Below, piece by piece: positions 39,438-51,849 of a stretch of 64,000 nucleotides of DNA. The stretch's first letter is position 1. Each line of letters opens with the position of its first letter. The notes beneath the pieces are model-generated. The model worked only from the letters and a program-made list of their open reading frames with translations, was not told the origin of the DNA and did no database searches. This DNA comes from Callorhinchus milii (taxonomy: Eukaryota), in assembly GCF_018977255.1 (NCBI RefSeq), contig NW_024704742.1, forward strand, positions 68,140,001 through 68,204,000, in the 5' to 3' direction. Both the position numbers and the translations under genes were made by a program.

Positions 39438-39912
39438 AGCACAGCCAGCCAGCTCATCAGCAGGACCTGAATGCGCAAACCAGTCACTGGGGGCAGGAAT
39501 TTCTCCAACTCAGCCCCTGTTAACCCTTCAACAACAACAAAATTACATTTGTATAGCGCCTTTCAAGGCAAAGTCCTAACAGGTAGGATGGTCCATGCTG
39601 GACAAGCAGTGGGAGAGCTATCAATGGGAAACTATGTGGTTTTGGCTAGTTACACTCCAGCAGTTACCCCAATGCACACTCTGGGGTCCCCAAGCCTTGT
39701 CTCTTGCCAACCTGCGCCTAATATTTTCCAGAATTAGTTAAGCAGGATGTGTCCCTCCAGGGAGAGAGAGCGCATTCCATTCCAACAATCTGTCTCAGGG
39801 ATTGCCATGTGTAGGTGGGTTACATGGAAATCTCAGTTTGGTTTGGATACTCTTAAGAATGGTGATGGGGGGTTTCTGCTTGTGTCAGACACTCGGCTGA
39901 CCCAAAAAAAAG
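39438..39912 (+). repeat. Unclassified ~470-bp interspersed repeat (best copy; at least 10 fragments in the window)
   Basis: Same sequence at ~9311-9500, 12480-12618, 18805-18960, 29480-29830, 54200-54485 (+) and ~32665-32980, 48393-48620, 60575-60900, 63025-63378 (-). Ends GTCAG-acactcgg-CTGAC plus an A-run. Confidence 0.8.
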
Positions 39913-42633
39913 GTGTTTTGGAAGGATGAAGTGAAGTAGGCCGAAAGACCTTCTTCACCTGAATCTCTCTTGTGATCTTGTGACCTGACTTGGCTCCAAA
40001 TCAAGATACGTCACCATCACGGAAGGCAAGCTCCCTGAAATCACATCAACCCAGGTATATGTGGTGCAGTCACAACCACTTTGGCACTTCAATGTGTGTA
40101 GGATGTGTGAAGATGCATTGAAACCGTGCCTACCATCACCTCCCCTCTCTACCCGGCATTGTGAATGTTCAATGTCAAGTTGACTAAATAAATATTCATG
40201 GAACAATGAGAATTCAAGCAGAAATGCAGCTTTCCTTCAAATGCTGGAACAGCTTCGGCGTTTAACGTCTGTGTGAGGATAAACAAGCTGTGAGCTGCCT
40301 TCAGTCAGTTCCTCATTATGTAGCTAATGGAATCATGTTCAGAAATTCTCCAAATGCCAGCGTGCAGATCCCAATAAACACAAGCAATTGAGTTTTAATT
40401 AGGTTTTATGAGCAATCCATGTGAAAGGACTTTGTGTTTACTCAGTGAGCATTCACACCACATCACTTTCTATGGGATATACTGTGTACATCACACACAT
40501 ATACCTTCTGTCCTTAAAGCTCACAGTCAGTTAGTGTAAAACATCCAGGAAGACTACTTTAGCTCTTCTTTCAACAACAACTTGCATTTATACAGCAGCC
40601 TTCATGTGGGGTAGAGCCTTGGGGTGCTTAACATGGCAGAACTTGACACTGAGCCGGTTAGAGACGGGAGGTGACGTAGGCATGGTTTCAATCATCCTAC
40701 ACAATGCGGGCTTTTTCTCAAATATTGAGCTACTAGACCCAGCCAACCGTGCTGAAACTAGGTTCCTCTGTGTTAAGGAATGGAATGGGTTTAAGACCGA
40801 TGCAAGTGTTGGGCCTCTGTGTCAGAAGATTATGGCTTCAAGCCCCAAGTCGGGACTTGGAATCACATAGTCTAAGCTGACACTCTAATGGAGCGCGGGT
40901 GGGTGCGGAGTGTTACATTGTGAAAAGGCAATATCAAATGCAAAGACTATTACACTGGATGACCATAACAGGGTAGGTGAATGGGGCTGGACGTCAGCAT
41001 CCATAGCACAGCTGTCAGTGAATAAAGAGGACAGACTTCACATTGAGACTTTCAGCTCACAGAACAGGCTGACAGTCCAATAATAATAATAATAATCCTT
41101 GTATTTGATATAGCACCTTTCATGTTCGGAAGACATGTCAAGGTGCTTCATAGGATTTACTGTAAAGTTTAGTTACTGTATATTTTGTGGGCAAATGTAG
41201 TAATTTGTGCACAGCAAACAATCATGAATTAAATGCCCAATTTTATTTAGGGGGTTGTTGGCCAGGACACGGGAGAAACTCCCTTCTCTTTTCAAATAGT
41301 ACCATGGTATCTTTATCGCCCACCTGAACAGATAAATGGGACCTCAATTTAGTATCTCATCCAACGGATGGCACCTAAAACAATGCAGTGCTCCCCCAGC
41401 AAGGCATTGAAGTATATCATTCTAGACTGTGAGTTCAAAGTCTTGATTTGGGGCTTCAACCCACAACCTTCTGCCTCAGAGGTGAGTGTCCTTTCAACTG
41501 AGCCAGGCTGACACATATGGGGGAAAATGTGCTGCATTTTTGGAGATGCTGTATTTCAGATTTGATGACATCATGGCTGTTTGTAGTACATTGCTGTGCT
41601 CAACTTGGCTGCAGTGTTTGCCTGCAAAATACAGTCACTACAATTTACACAAACTTTGTGAAACGCTTTGAGATGGTTGGAGTTATATCCAATCCAAGGA
41701 TCATTAATAAGAATAATATTCCTGGCCCATTTGATATAGCGCCTTATCACTTTATCATTGAGACGTCTCAAAGTCTTCACAGAATATATTGTAAAGTGAA
41801 TTGACTGTATATTTTGTGGGTGAAAAACAGCAGCCAATTGTGCAGAGCAGTGTCCCACAGTCGTAGGTTGAGTTTCCCCCAAAAAATTTTGAGGCATTAT
41901 TACACCCTGCTAGGTAAACAGAGGTGTGCGAAGTAAGAAAACTTTCCTAAGGTTTTGCCCTGCTCATAAATTGAACCTGGGTTCTTTCGCTTGTGAGGCG
42001 AGCTTGCTAACCACTATGCTACAGGACTCAATTATTATCAGAGTGGAACCTTTGGGACGCAATCCCATTAGATAATCAATCAGAAAGGGAACGATGGGAC
42101 TATTGATCTATTCAAGAGCTAATTGCACCAATTACTGCACAGCTATAGGTGTGAGATCTTCCTGTGTCATTTCAAGTCTTTAAGAGAAGCTTTCATGGGA
42201 TGAGCAGAAGAAAGATCATGGCTATTTAAAGTTTAGACTGGGTATGCACTTAAACAGCAGCTGGGTTAAATGGAGCAAGTGGAGCAAGGGAACCCTTAAG
42301 GACACACTGTAAATTCTGAAGGATAATTGCTACTTGTAGGGTATAAGAGCATATAATGGGATCTTGTCAGTTGCATCATGATCAGACTTTTCCTCGATTC
42401 CAACCAGCCATTCGCCCTTCTAGTTTTTTTCCCTATTGTTCACCTGTATTGTGTTAAAGAAGATAGGAAGCCACTGTTTGATGTACATTTGATGTACAGT
42501 TTGATGTGTCATCCGAAGAACAGCACCTCAGCACACCCCAACACTGCACTGCAGTGTCAGTCTACAGTTAGACTGTGAGCTCAAAGTCGTAACCCACAAC
42601 CTTCTGACTCAAAGGTAAGAGTGCTACGCATTA

Positions 42634-43152
42634 CAACAACAACAACAAGATTCCATTTATAAAGCGCCTTTCACGTCAGGAGGACGTCCCAAGGCGCTGC
42701 ACAGTTGGGTCATGACCCGAGCAGGGGGGAAATGGTCAGGGTGAGGGGAGGGAAGGGAGGGAGCGAGGAGGGGGTAGAGAGTCGAGAGGGGAGCTGAAGG
42801 CTCGGTCAAAGAGAAAGGTTTTGAGACCGGCCTTGAAGGAGGAGAGGGAGGAAGCGGCGAAGGCACTGGGGGATAGAGTTCCAGAGCCTAGGGGCTGAGA
42901 GGCTGAAGGCCCGACCACCGATGGTAGGGCGATTGGGGCGGGGGACGTGGAGCAGACCGGAGCCGGAGGAACGGAGGGTACGGGCAGGTAGGGAGGGGGA
43001 TAGTAGGTTGGAGAGGTAGGAGGGAGCAAGGCTGTGAATGGCCTTGTAGGTGAGGATGAGGATCTTGAAATCAATCCTCTGGGGGATGGGGAGCCAGTGG
43101 AGGCGAGCGAGGGTGGGAGTGATGTGGTCCCGAAGCCTGGTGCGGGACAGTA
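42634..43152 (-). mobile_element. Young 5'-truncated L2
   Basis: Nearly identical to 44541-45105. TSD CATTA at 42629-42633 and 43153-43157. Confidence 0.95.
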
Positions 43153-43159
43153 CATTAAG

Positions 43160-43985
43160 CCCTGGAAGAGAGCTAACTTTCTACAGTAGAGCATCAACAA
43201 GGCAGAGGTCCTTCTGATTGGCTCCACACCTTAGGCGTTGACAGCATCACCATCCAGGGATGCACACTCCACCTCACTGAGCCAGTCCAGAAGCTTGGCA
43301 TCTTGTTTGACCCTCAACTATCCTTTCTACTCCACATCCGTGCCATGACCCACTCTGCCTTCCCCCACCTCTGCCACTGCCTCACCCTTCAGGCCGCCGA
43401 AACCCTCATACACGTATTCAGAACATCCAGGCTCGACGACATCAACTCTCGGCTTGTCGGCCTTCTCAACTCTTCTCTCCACAAGCTGCAGATCATCCAG
43501 AACTCTACAGTTCATGTCATCTCCCGCACCAGGCTATGTTATCCTATTACCCCTACCCTCGCCAGGCTCCACTAGCTCCCCATTCCCCAGAGAATCAAGT
43601 TCAAAATCCTTGTCTTTGCCTTCAAAGCCCTCCAGGGCCTTGTTCCTTCCTACCAATGTGACCTGCTAACGCCATACCAACCTGTCCACTCCCTCCGCTC
43701 AGCAGGCTCCAGCCTGCTCACGCCCCCACCCGGACCACCCCATCATCCGTGGCCTGACCTTCAGCCTCTCTGCCCTCCCCCATACCTTGGAACTCCATCT
43801 CACAGTCCCTTCGCCTCACTCCCTCCCTTGCCTCCTTCAAGGCCCATCTTAAGTCCCTCCTCTTTGACCGTGCCTTCGGGCATCCTCCATGCCCTCCACC
43901 CCTCCTGATCCCAACCCAGCTTGGGTTCAAATCGCTGACTGTCCAGCGCCATGGGATGTGAAAGATGCTATACAAATGTAATTTT
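43160..43985 (+). mobile_element. Older L2 3' fragment
   Basis: FDPQLSFL...AETLIH...SRLD...LQIIQNS...LARLH. Confidence 0.9.
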
Positions 43986-44619
43986 TGGTTGAGCCAGGCT
44001 GACACCTATAAAAGAGTCCGATTAAGAGAGGACTTGATGATACATAGAGATGGGGTGAGACAGAGGGGGGTGGGGGATGGGGTGGGGGAGAGATTACCTT
44101 AGATATGGTCAAAGATGTTTTTTCGGTAGGAATTATAATAATAATAATAAAATTGGGGAGGGGGGAGGACTAAACGAATAGTTCTTCCGTAGACCGGCAC
44201 AGAGCATGATGCAAATTCCTATTGTTCTGTGGTTCTAATTTTATCATTTGATGTAATAATTTAAAAGGGAAATAGTAGGGATTACTATTATACTGGCTGG
44301 CTCGAGTGGATGAGCTAGCACCAATTTGGGCTCAATGGGCTAACGACCGCTATTGACTTGTATATTTTTCCATGGTTTGATGTCAGAAAAATCTCATCAG
44401 GACTACGCACAGTGCATCTCAACACCACCACCAACACCACCAAATTGCATTTGTATAGGATAATATCTTGAAGTGCTTCCCAAAGATGGTGTTGATCACC
44501 AAGCAAGAGAGCAGAGGGGAGAGGTGAGGTCAAAGAAGTACAACAACAACAACAACAAGATTCCATTTATAAAGCGCCTTTCACGTCAGGAGGACGTCCC
44601 AAGGCGCTGCACAGTTGGG

Positions 44620-46341
44620 TCATGACCCGAGCAGGGGGGAAATGGTCAGGGTGAGGGAAGGGAGGGAGCAAGGAGGGGGGAAATGGTCAGGGTGAGGGGA
44701 GGGAAGGGAGGGAGCGAGGAGGGGGAAGAGAGTCGAGAGGGGAGCTGAAGGCACGGTCAAAGAGAAAGGTTTTGAGACCGGCCTTGAAGGAGGAAAGGGA
44801 GGAAGCAAGGCGAAGGCACTGGGGGATGGAGTTCCAGAGCCTGGGGCTGAGAGGCTGAAGGCCCGACCACCGATGGTAGGGCGGTTGGGGCGGGGGACGT
44901 GGAGCAGACCAGAGCCAGAGGAACGGAGGGTACGGGCAGGTAGGTAGGGGGATAGTAGGTTGGAGAGGTAGGAGGGAGCAAGGCCGTGAATGGCCTTGTA
45001 GGTGAGGATGAGGATCTTGAAATCAATCCTCTGGGGGATGGGGAGCCAGTGGAGGCGAGCGAGGGTGGGAGTGATGTGGTCCCGAAGCCTGGTGCGGGAC
45101 AGTACACGAGCTGCAGAGTTCTGAATGACCTGCAGCTTGTGGAGGGAGGTGCCGGGAAGGCCGGCGAGGAGAGAGTTCCCATAGTCCAGCCTTGAGGTGA
45201 CAAAGGCGTGAACCAGGGTTTCAGCAGCGTGAGGGGTGAGGTAATGCCGTAGTCTGGCGATGTTCCGGAGGTGATGGAAGGCGGTGCCAGTTGTAGTGCG
45301 GATGTGAGGGAGAAAGGACAGCTCAGGGTCGAACAAAACGCCGAGGTTCCTGACTGGCTTTGAGAGGTGGAGAGTGCAGCCTTGGATGCTGATGGTGTCA
45401 GCGCCTGAGGTGCGGAGGCGCTGACGTGAGCCAATCAGGAGGGCCTCGGTTTTTCGCACGTTGAGCTGAAGAAAGTTGTCTCTCGTCCAGGACTCGATGT
45501 CGGACAGGCAGGCTGTCAGGACATCGGTGGTCGTGGAGTTGAGAGTAGAGGAGGAAAGGTAGAGTTGGGTGTCATCCGCATACATGTGGAAGTTAACTCC
45601 ATGTCTGCGGATGATGTCACCGAGGGGGAGCATATAGAGGGTGAAGAGGAGGGGACCGAGGACAGAGCCCTGAGGGACACCACATGAGACAGTACGGGGG
45701 GTGGAGGAGAAGCCATTCGTTGAGACAAAGTGAAGACGGTGAGAAAGGTACGACCTAAACCATTCAAGGACAGTGCCTTGAAGGTTGAGGTGGGAGGACA
45801 AGCGGTGGAGTAGGATAGCGTGGTCGACCGTATCGAATGCTGCCGATAGGTCGAGGAGGACGAGGAGACAGAGGGAGCCCTGGTCACAGATGGTCAGGAT
45901 ATCATTGGTGACCTTGACCAGGGCAGTTTCTGTGCTATGGGCAGCACGGAAACCTGACTGAAGGGGTTCAAAAAGAGAATGGGTGGAAAGGAAAGAGCGC
46001 AGTTGGGAGGCGACAACTCTTTCCAAGACCTTGGAGAGAAAGGGGAGGTTGGAGATGGGCCGGTAGCTTGATAGCTGCGACGCATCAAGGGAGGGTTTTT
46101 TCAGGGTGGGCGTGATGATGGCAGTTTTTAATGGAATGGGGACAGAGCCAGAGGAGAGGGACAGGTTGATGATGTCAGTGATATGTGGGGCAAGAAAGTG
46201 GAGCTGGGAGATAAGGAGTGGAGTGGGGATGGGGTCAAGGGAGCAGGTGGTTAGTTTTAGGGATAGGATGAGTTCAGTGACAGAGGGTGGGGAAACGACT
46301 CCAAGGCATCGGTTAGGGATTGTGGGGGTAACTTCTTCCAA
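44620..46341 (-). pseudogene. L2 ORF2 reverse transcriptase domain (573-aa ORF; N-terminus created by the deletion, C-terminus frameshifted)
   Basis: [82 protein letters not shown]. Confidence 0.95.
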
Positions 46342-46971
46342 GGGCGGTAGAAGATGGTGGTGGGTCTGGTGGAGGTGGGGAAGGGGGTGCAGGTGGTGAA
46401 GGAGATGAAGTAGTGGTCAGAGATGGCCTTGTCGGTAATAGTGACATCCGAGACACTGAGGCCCCGGGTGATCACCAAATCGAGTGGGTGGCCGTGACTG
46501 TGAGTGGGGGAGTTTATGTGGAGGGAGAGGTTGAGTGAGGAGAGCAGGGAAGAGAAGTCTGTGGAGATGGAGCAGGAGGGTGTGAAGTGTAGGTTAAAGT
46601 CGCCCAGGATGATGAGGCGATCGGAGCAGAGGCAAAGAGATGTGAGGAGTGTTGAAATGTCAGAGATGAAGGTGGGAGAGGTTTTAGGGGGCCGGTAGAG
46701 GAGGAGGATTTTAAGGGAGAGGAATGAGGGGTGGGAGAGGGTGAGGTGCTCAAAGGAGGGGAAAGAGCCAGTGGAGTAGGGGGATAGGGCAAGTGGTGTC
46801 CTTGAGATAAGGGCAACACCACCGCCACGGCGGTTGGGGCGGGGGATGTGGTGGGAGGTATAGCCGGGTGGCGTGGCCTCCGTGAGGGGGAAGGTGTCGC
46901 CTGGGGTGAGCCAGGTTTCTGTTAAGGCCATGATATCAACGTTCTCATCAAGGATGAGATCGTTGATGACC
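46257..46971 (-). pseudogene. L2 ORF2 APE-type endonuclease domain
   Basis: DIMALTETWL, RRGGGVA, YRPP, GDFN, PTH..GHPLD and SDH motifs. Confidence 0.95.
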
Positions 46972-48813
46972 AGTAGCTTTTAAGCTTGATGACAGATAGA
47001 GAGGGGGCGAGACAGAGGGATAGAGTTATATAGATGACCTTAGGTGGGGTCAAAGAGGTCATATTTTAGGCAGGAATTAAAATAATAATATTATTCCTTG
47101 CACTTGGTACAGAGCCTTTCACGTTGGGAGGATGTCCCAGAGTGCTTCACAAGATATAGTGTAAAGTGAAGTGACTGGGTGTTTTGTAGGTGAACGCAGA
47201 AGCCCTATTGTGCACTGCAGTGTCCGACAAAGACCCATGAAAAGAATGACCAATTAAAGACAGAAGGGGGACAAAGAAGTGGAGGGTAGAGGGAAGGAGT
47301 TCCATTTCATGGGGCTTCATGTGGAGAGGGACTCTATGCCCCAAGGACTCTATTTCTAGCAACAAGACACTGCTTTTCAGCAAGTACTTCCCAGAACACT
47401 GAGTGACTAGGTATTCACACAGCATTGTATCATGTGAGAGAGGGTGAGGTAAGGTCAAAACAGCATGTGTTTTTAATGGAACCAGTCTCTTGAGGTCAAT
47501 CAGAAAAAGATCAAATGTTTTCTACAGTGTCTTCAGTTTGCTACTGAAATGCCCAATGTGAGATCGGCATTGATTTCATTTTAACAGTAAATGAATCTTT
47601 GATGTGAGGCAAGGTCACGAGAAGGGGTCAGCGGGACAGAAATTCACATAGAAAGTGTTTTTCAGTGCAATGCATCAAGGGCATGGCAGATACGAGTGAA
47701 GATGGTGAATAATTGATGCCAATTTAATGTTTCTGAGCTGTTCTTGTAAAATGTAGTTACTTTTAGAAGCTCCTTTTAAAAATCACTTCTTCCTGACTAA
47801 TCTCCAATCCTCTGCCCTTGTTTCTAACTTTATACGAAAGATTGTGACTCGCCACCCAAGTTCCCAACAATAAATATTCATGAGATCACAAGAGAGTTTT
47901 AGATGAAAAAAGCCCTTTATCTTTCTATACTGCCTGCACTTGGTAGCACCTTCCCATTGCAACAGGCGTCAGCTCAGCTCAGTTGGACTCTCGACAACTG
48001 AGCCAGAATGTTGTGGGATCAAGCTCAACATTGAGACTTTGAGCTCATATAGCCTAGGCTGCCACTCCAATACAGCGTTACGGGATGTGGCTTTATTGGA
48101 GGTGCTGTCCTTCGGATGAGACATTAAGTTGAGGTCCTGTCTGTCTATTCAGGTGAACTTTTAAGATGCCCTAGATAATATTGGTCTTTCACTTCCTGGC
48201 TATTTGTGGTACATTGGCTGAATGCAAATTGGCTACAGCATTTACCTATAAACTACACAGACACCACACTTTGCAGTAAATCCTGTAAAGGGCTTTGAAA
48301 TGCTCTACTGATGTGAAAGACGCTAAATCAAATGTAAGGATTGTTATTATTTTACAATAACTGTTTCTTAAATGAATCCTGTGTTCTGCCATTCTTTTTT
48401 TTTGCCCAACCAGGTGTCTGACACATGTAGAAACCCATCACCATGCTTAGGGGTAACTAAACCAAACCAAGGATTCCATGCATCTACATACACATGGAAA
48501 TCCCAGAGATAGATTGTTGGAATGTAAGGCACACTTTCTCCCTGGAGGGACACATCCTGCTTACCTAATTCCAGAAAGTATTAGGCGCAGGTTGGCAAGA
48601 GCCACGGCTGTGTGTTGGGGTACACCATCCTTCTTGGTAATCTCGTCCCTCTGTGCAAATAAATATTTCCTGGTGCCTGTTTGAAAATTGCCTTTCGCAC
48701 AACTTTTAACTTGTGACCTCTTCAAAACGTCTAGATTTGTGCTTTGCAACAATTAAATGTGTCAGTGTGTTTAAGTTAAACATTATGGTTTTTCCTTTGG
48801 CCTTTCTTCACAG

Positions 48814-48985
48814 GTGTTGTTGTGACCTGCACGTTGAAGGTGATTGCAGTGACTATTTGATGCATTCAACTGCCTGAAAGATCCCTGGGGAGTGATCCTG
48901 GAAGCCAGAGAAATACCACAATGAACGATTCCTGTTGCTAACCATGGCACACGTCCTCCACCACTCAACCCTTATATATCTGCTT
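48814..48985 (+). other. Candidate exon with a start codon (MAHVLHHSTLIYLL, 48944-48985)
   Basis: Polypyrimidine acceptor ttttcctttggcctttcttcacag|, ACCATGG Kozak context, donor |GTAAGT at 48986. Confidence 0.45.
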
Positions 48986-50389
48986 GTAAGTTTTGTAGTC
49001 AAGGCCATGAATGTTTTAAGGCCCCCTCCCCTTGTGTCATGTGGGTGATAAACAAAGAATTTCACTTCTACCAGTGTAACAAAGCACCCTATTACAGTAC
49101 TGTAACTGTGCTGCTCATAGATTGTACTTTTAAGCTTCTTTCAGTGTTCCTCCAAGGGGTATGTTGTGCTCCAGGTAGTGAATTGTTTGATACCCCATTC
49201 AGCCCGAACAATACTTTTAATAACAGAAAGGTAGCAGGGCAAGGACACACATGGTGAAGGCCAATTTTAGCAAAGATACAGGAAAAATGTATAATAATAA
49301 TCCTTACTTTGATAATAAAGCACCTCTTCATAGAGCTTCATGGAATATATTATAAATACATATATTTATAGGTGACCAACCGAGCCAGGCTGAGACAGTA
49401 TGTATTTTAGCTTTTCCTGGTAACCCCATTCCAGCTGCGGATTATCATCAGTGTGAAGAAAGATGTCAGGTGTCTACCTGTTCAGGTGGATGTTAAAAAT
49501 CCCATGGCCCTATTCAAAAAGAAAGGAGATTCTCCTGGCATTCTCGTCAGCAATACTGCAAATAAAATTGGTCACTCACTCCATGGCTGTTTGTGGGACA
49601 TTGCTGTGAGCAAAATTAGCAGTTGCTTTTCGCCCACAAAGTACACAGTCATTCCACTTTACGGAGTATCCTGTGAACCGCTTTCAGATATCTTGAAAAG
49701 TAATAGAGCTGCTGTTTCAAGTGCAATGATTAGTATTATTATAAAAACCCCATAAATGAATGCCGCTTTTGTTAATCTCACCTCAATATCCACACAAGTG
49801 TACGGCAGTGTATTGTGCATATGCCTGTATGTTCACAGCATATCATTGTGCATTTTTATGGCTGTACATTCACAGTCCTTCCTTAACTGTGTGCTCAACC
49901 ATATTTACGCCTCCTTTCAAAACTTTCAACCTTTCTGCTGACTGTTTAACATCCAATAGAAAATCTCTGGCTAATGTTACCTTTGAGAGACCCAACTACC
50001 ACATTTGTCAAATATTTAAACTGTGCATTTTGTCATTTAATCCCACAATGGCGAGATTATCAATGGACTGACAAGCAGTGAATACAATATAAATCTATTA
50101 TCAACTGATAAATAACATACAAACAAAGCTATGGGTGATAAATGTATTAACTGGTGGTGAATGGTATGTGTTCTTTGTTACGGTTAGTAAATTTATTAAA
50201 CGATGGAGAGCATGTACGATGCTAACTTCAGTAAATCCATTAACAGGGGGTGGGTAACATACAGACAGTGGTTGTAAGGTGTTTGTTACATTACATAAGC
50301 TTGTTACATCAGTGGCATTTACGTAAGTAACATAGTGCAAAGCCATTCACTGTTCAATGTTAATACATTTAATAACTTTATTTGGAAAT

Positions 50390-50492
50390 GAAGTATAGAT
50401 CAGCCATGATCTAATAGAATGACGGAACAGGCTTGAGGGATTGAATGGCCTACTCCTGTTCCTATATATATTTCTTAACTGTAACTGTAACT
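50390..50492 (+). mobile_element. CR1 3' UTR fragment
   Basis: gatcagccatgat...gaatggcctactcctgttcct matches 8733-8793. Confidence 0.8.
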
Positions 50493-50827
50493 ATAAAGTA
50501 CAAACAATGCTGTGGTTTACGTGTTCATGGTTATTGTAATGATTATGGTTATTCATTGCCTGCCTCCCCACTTTCAAAGCAGTTCTCAAAACGTACTTCT
50601 TTAACTTGCTTTCGGTCATCTTTCCCCTCCACGTTCTCTCGGCTTCTACCTCAGAAGTCCATCCAGCACTTGAGGATTGCCTGTGGTGTTTTTGTGAATA
50701 AATGAGAGACTGAGATCACAGTATAAAATAGTGTGCATCTCATTGCAGATAACATGAATATTTCAATGAGAGCGGCTGGGATATGAAGCAAGGGAATGCA
50801 TTTGCCATAAATCAGGCAGGCTCTGCA

Positions 50828-51250
50828 AACAACAACAACTTGCATTTATATAGCTCACTTCACGCGGGGTAGCGTCCCGAAGTGCTTGACAGTGGCGGAG
50901 TCTGACACCAAGCCAGGGGGAGAGGGAGTGGGGAGGTGACCGTAAGCACAATTGAAAAGGAAGGTCTTTAGGCAGGATTTGAAAGATGGAATGGAGGGGG
51001 CAAGCGGGAGGGATTGAGGGAGAGAGTTTTGGGGCGTAGTGGCTGAAGGCATGGCCATCGATGCTGGAGCAGAGGGGATGAGTGACAAACAGGAGGCCAG
51101 AGCCAGCCAAGAGAAAGCAGCGGGTGGTGGAGTGGGGTGGGGTGGGGTAAGCAGATTGGATAGGTAGGGAGGTGCCAGGGCATAAAGGGATTTAAAAACG
51201 GGTGAGAGGAGCTTGAGATCGATCCGTTTGGTAATTGGGAGCAGTGGAGC
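50828..51250 (-). mobile_element. L2 3' fragment (similar fragments at 34325-34490 and 54846-55225)
   Basis: RIDLKLL...APPYLS motif and CAA tail. Confidence 0.85.
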
Positions 51251-51849
51251 CACCTTGTGCCAGTCTTGTGCCAGCACCAAGGCATCTGCACTTTCCAAAT
51301 GCAACTCATGGTGGCAGCCTGGCACAGCTGGCAGCACCAAAACCTCTGAGTCATGGTTGTAGGTTCAAGCCCCCATGTCAGAACTTTGAATTCCCAACTG
51401 AGACTCCAGTGCTGGGGGTGTTGCAATGTCGGAGATGTTAAACCAAGGTCTTGTTTGCCTGTTTAGGTGGATGTTAAAGATCCCATGACACTATTCAAAA
51501 AGTGAGTTTCTCTCTCCCGGTGTTCTGACCAACAATTCCCATCATAAAATTGATCAATCACTTCACGGCTGTTTGTGGAAACATTGCTGTGCGCAAATTG
51601 GCTGCTGTGTTCACCTACAAAATACCATCACTGCAATTTACAGTGAATCCTGTGAATCACTTTGAGAGGTCCTCCTGATGTGAAAGGCACTGCATCAAAT
51701 GCAAGGATTATTATTATTTAACTCACATTTACACAGCAACATTTGTACAGAAATAAATCTGTGTAAATAAATATTTCCTGGTTTCTGACCCAAAATTTCC
51801 CTCCAAGAAGTGCCTCAATCCCATTCACCTGCTTTGTATTCATTGTGTT

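Larger units (their letters stand above)
44541..46971 (-). mobile_element. L2 LINE, near-complete ORF2 with an internal deletion, nested in an older L2 remnant
   Basis: Endonuclease plus RT ORFs, 3' UTR, (GTT)n tail, TSD AGTA at 44537-44540 and 46972-46975. Confidence 0.97.

Noticed and set aside
44757..45434. 225-aa Ser/Pro/Thr-rich ORF and similar ORFs (42736, 37364, 17324, 304)
   Set aside because: Alternative or antisense frames of C-rich L2 sequence.
44030..47090. Similar ~120-bp segments at ~44030-44145 and ~46983-47085, suggesting LTRs
   Set aside because: Low identity and no LTR termini, PBS or PPT; more likely an old duplication or repeat remnant.
50040..50560. AT-rich stretch rich in GTAA/TTAC words, possibly an old DNA element
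   Set aside because: No termini or TSD could be defined by eye.
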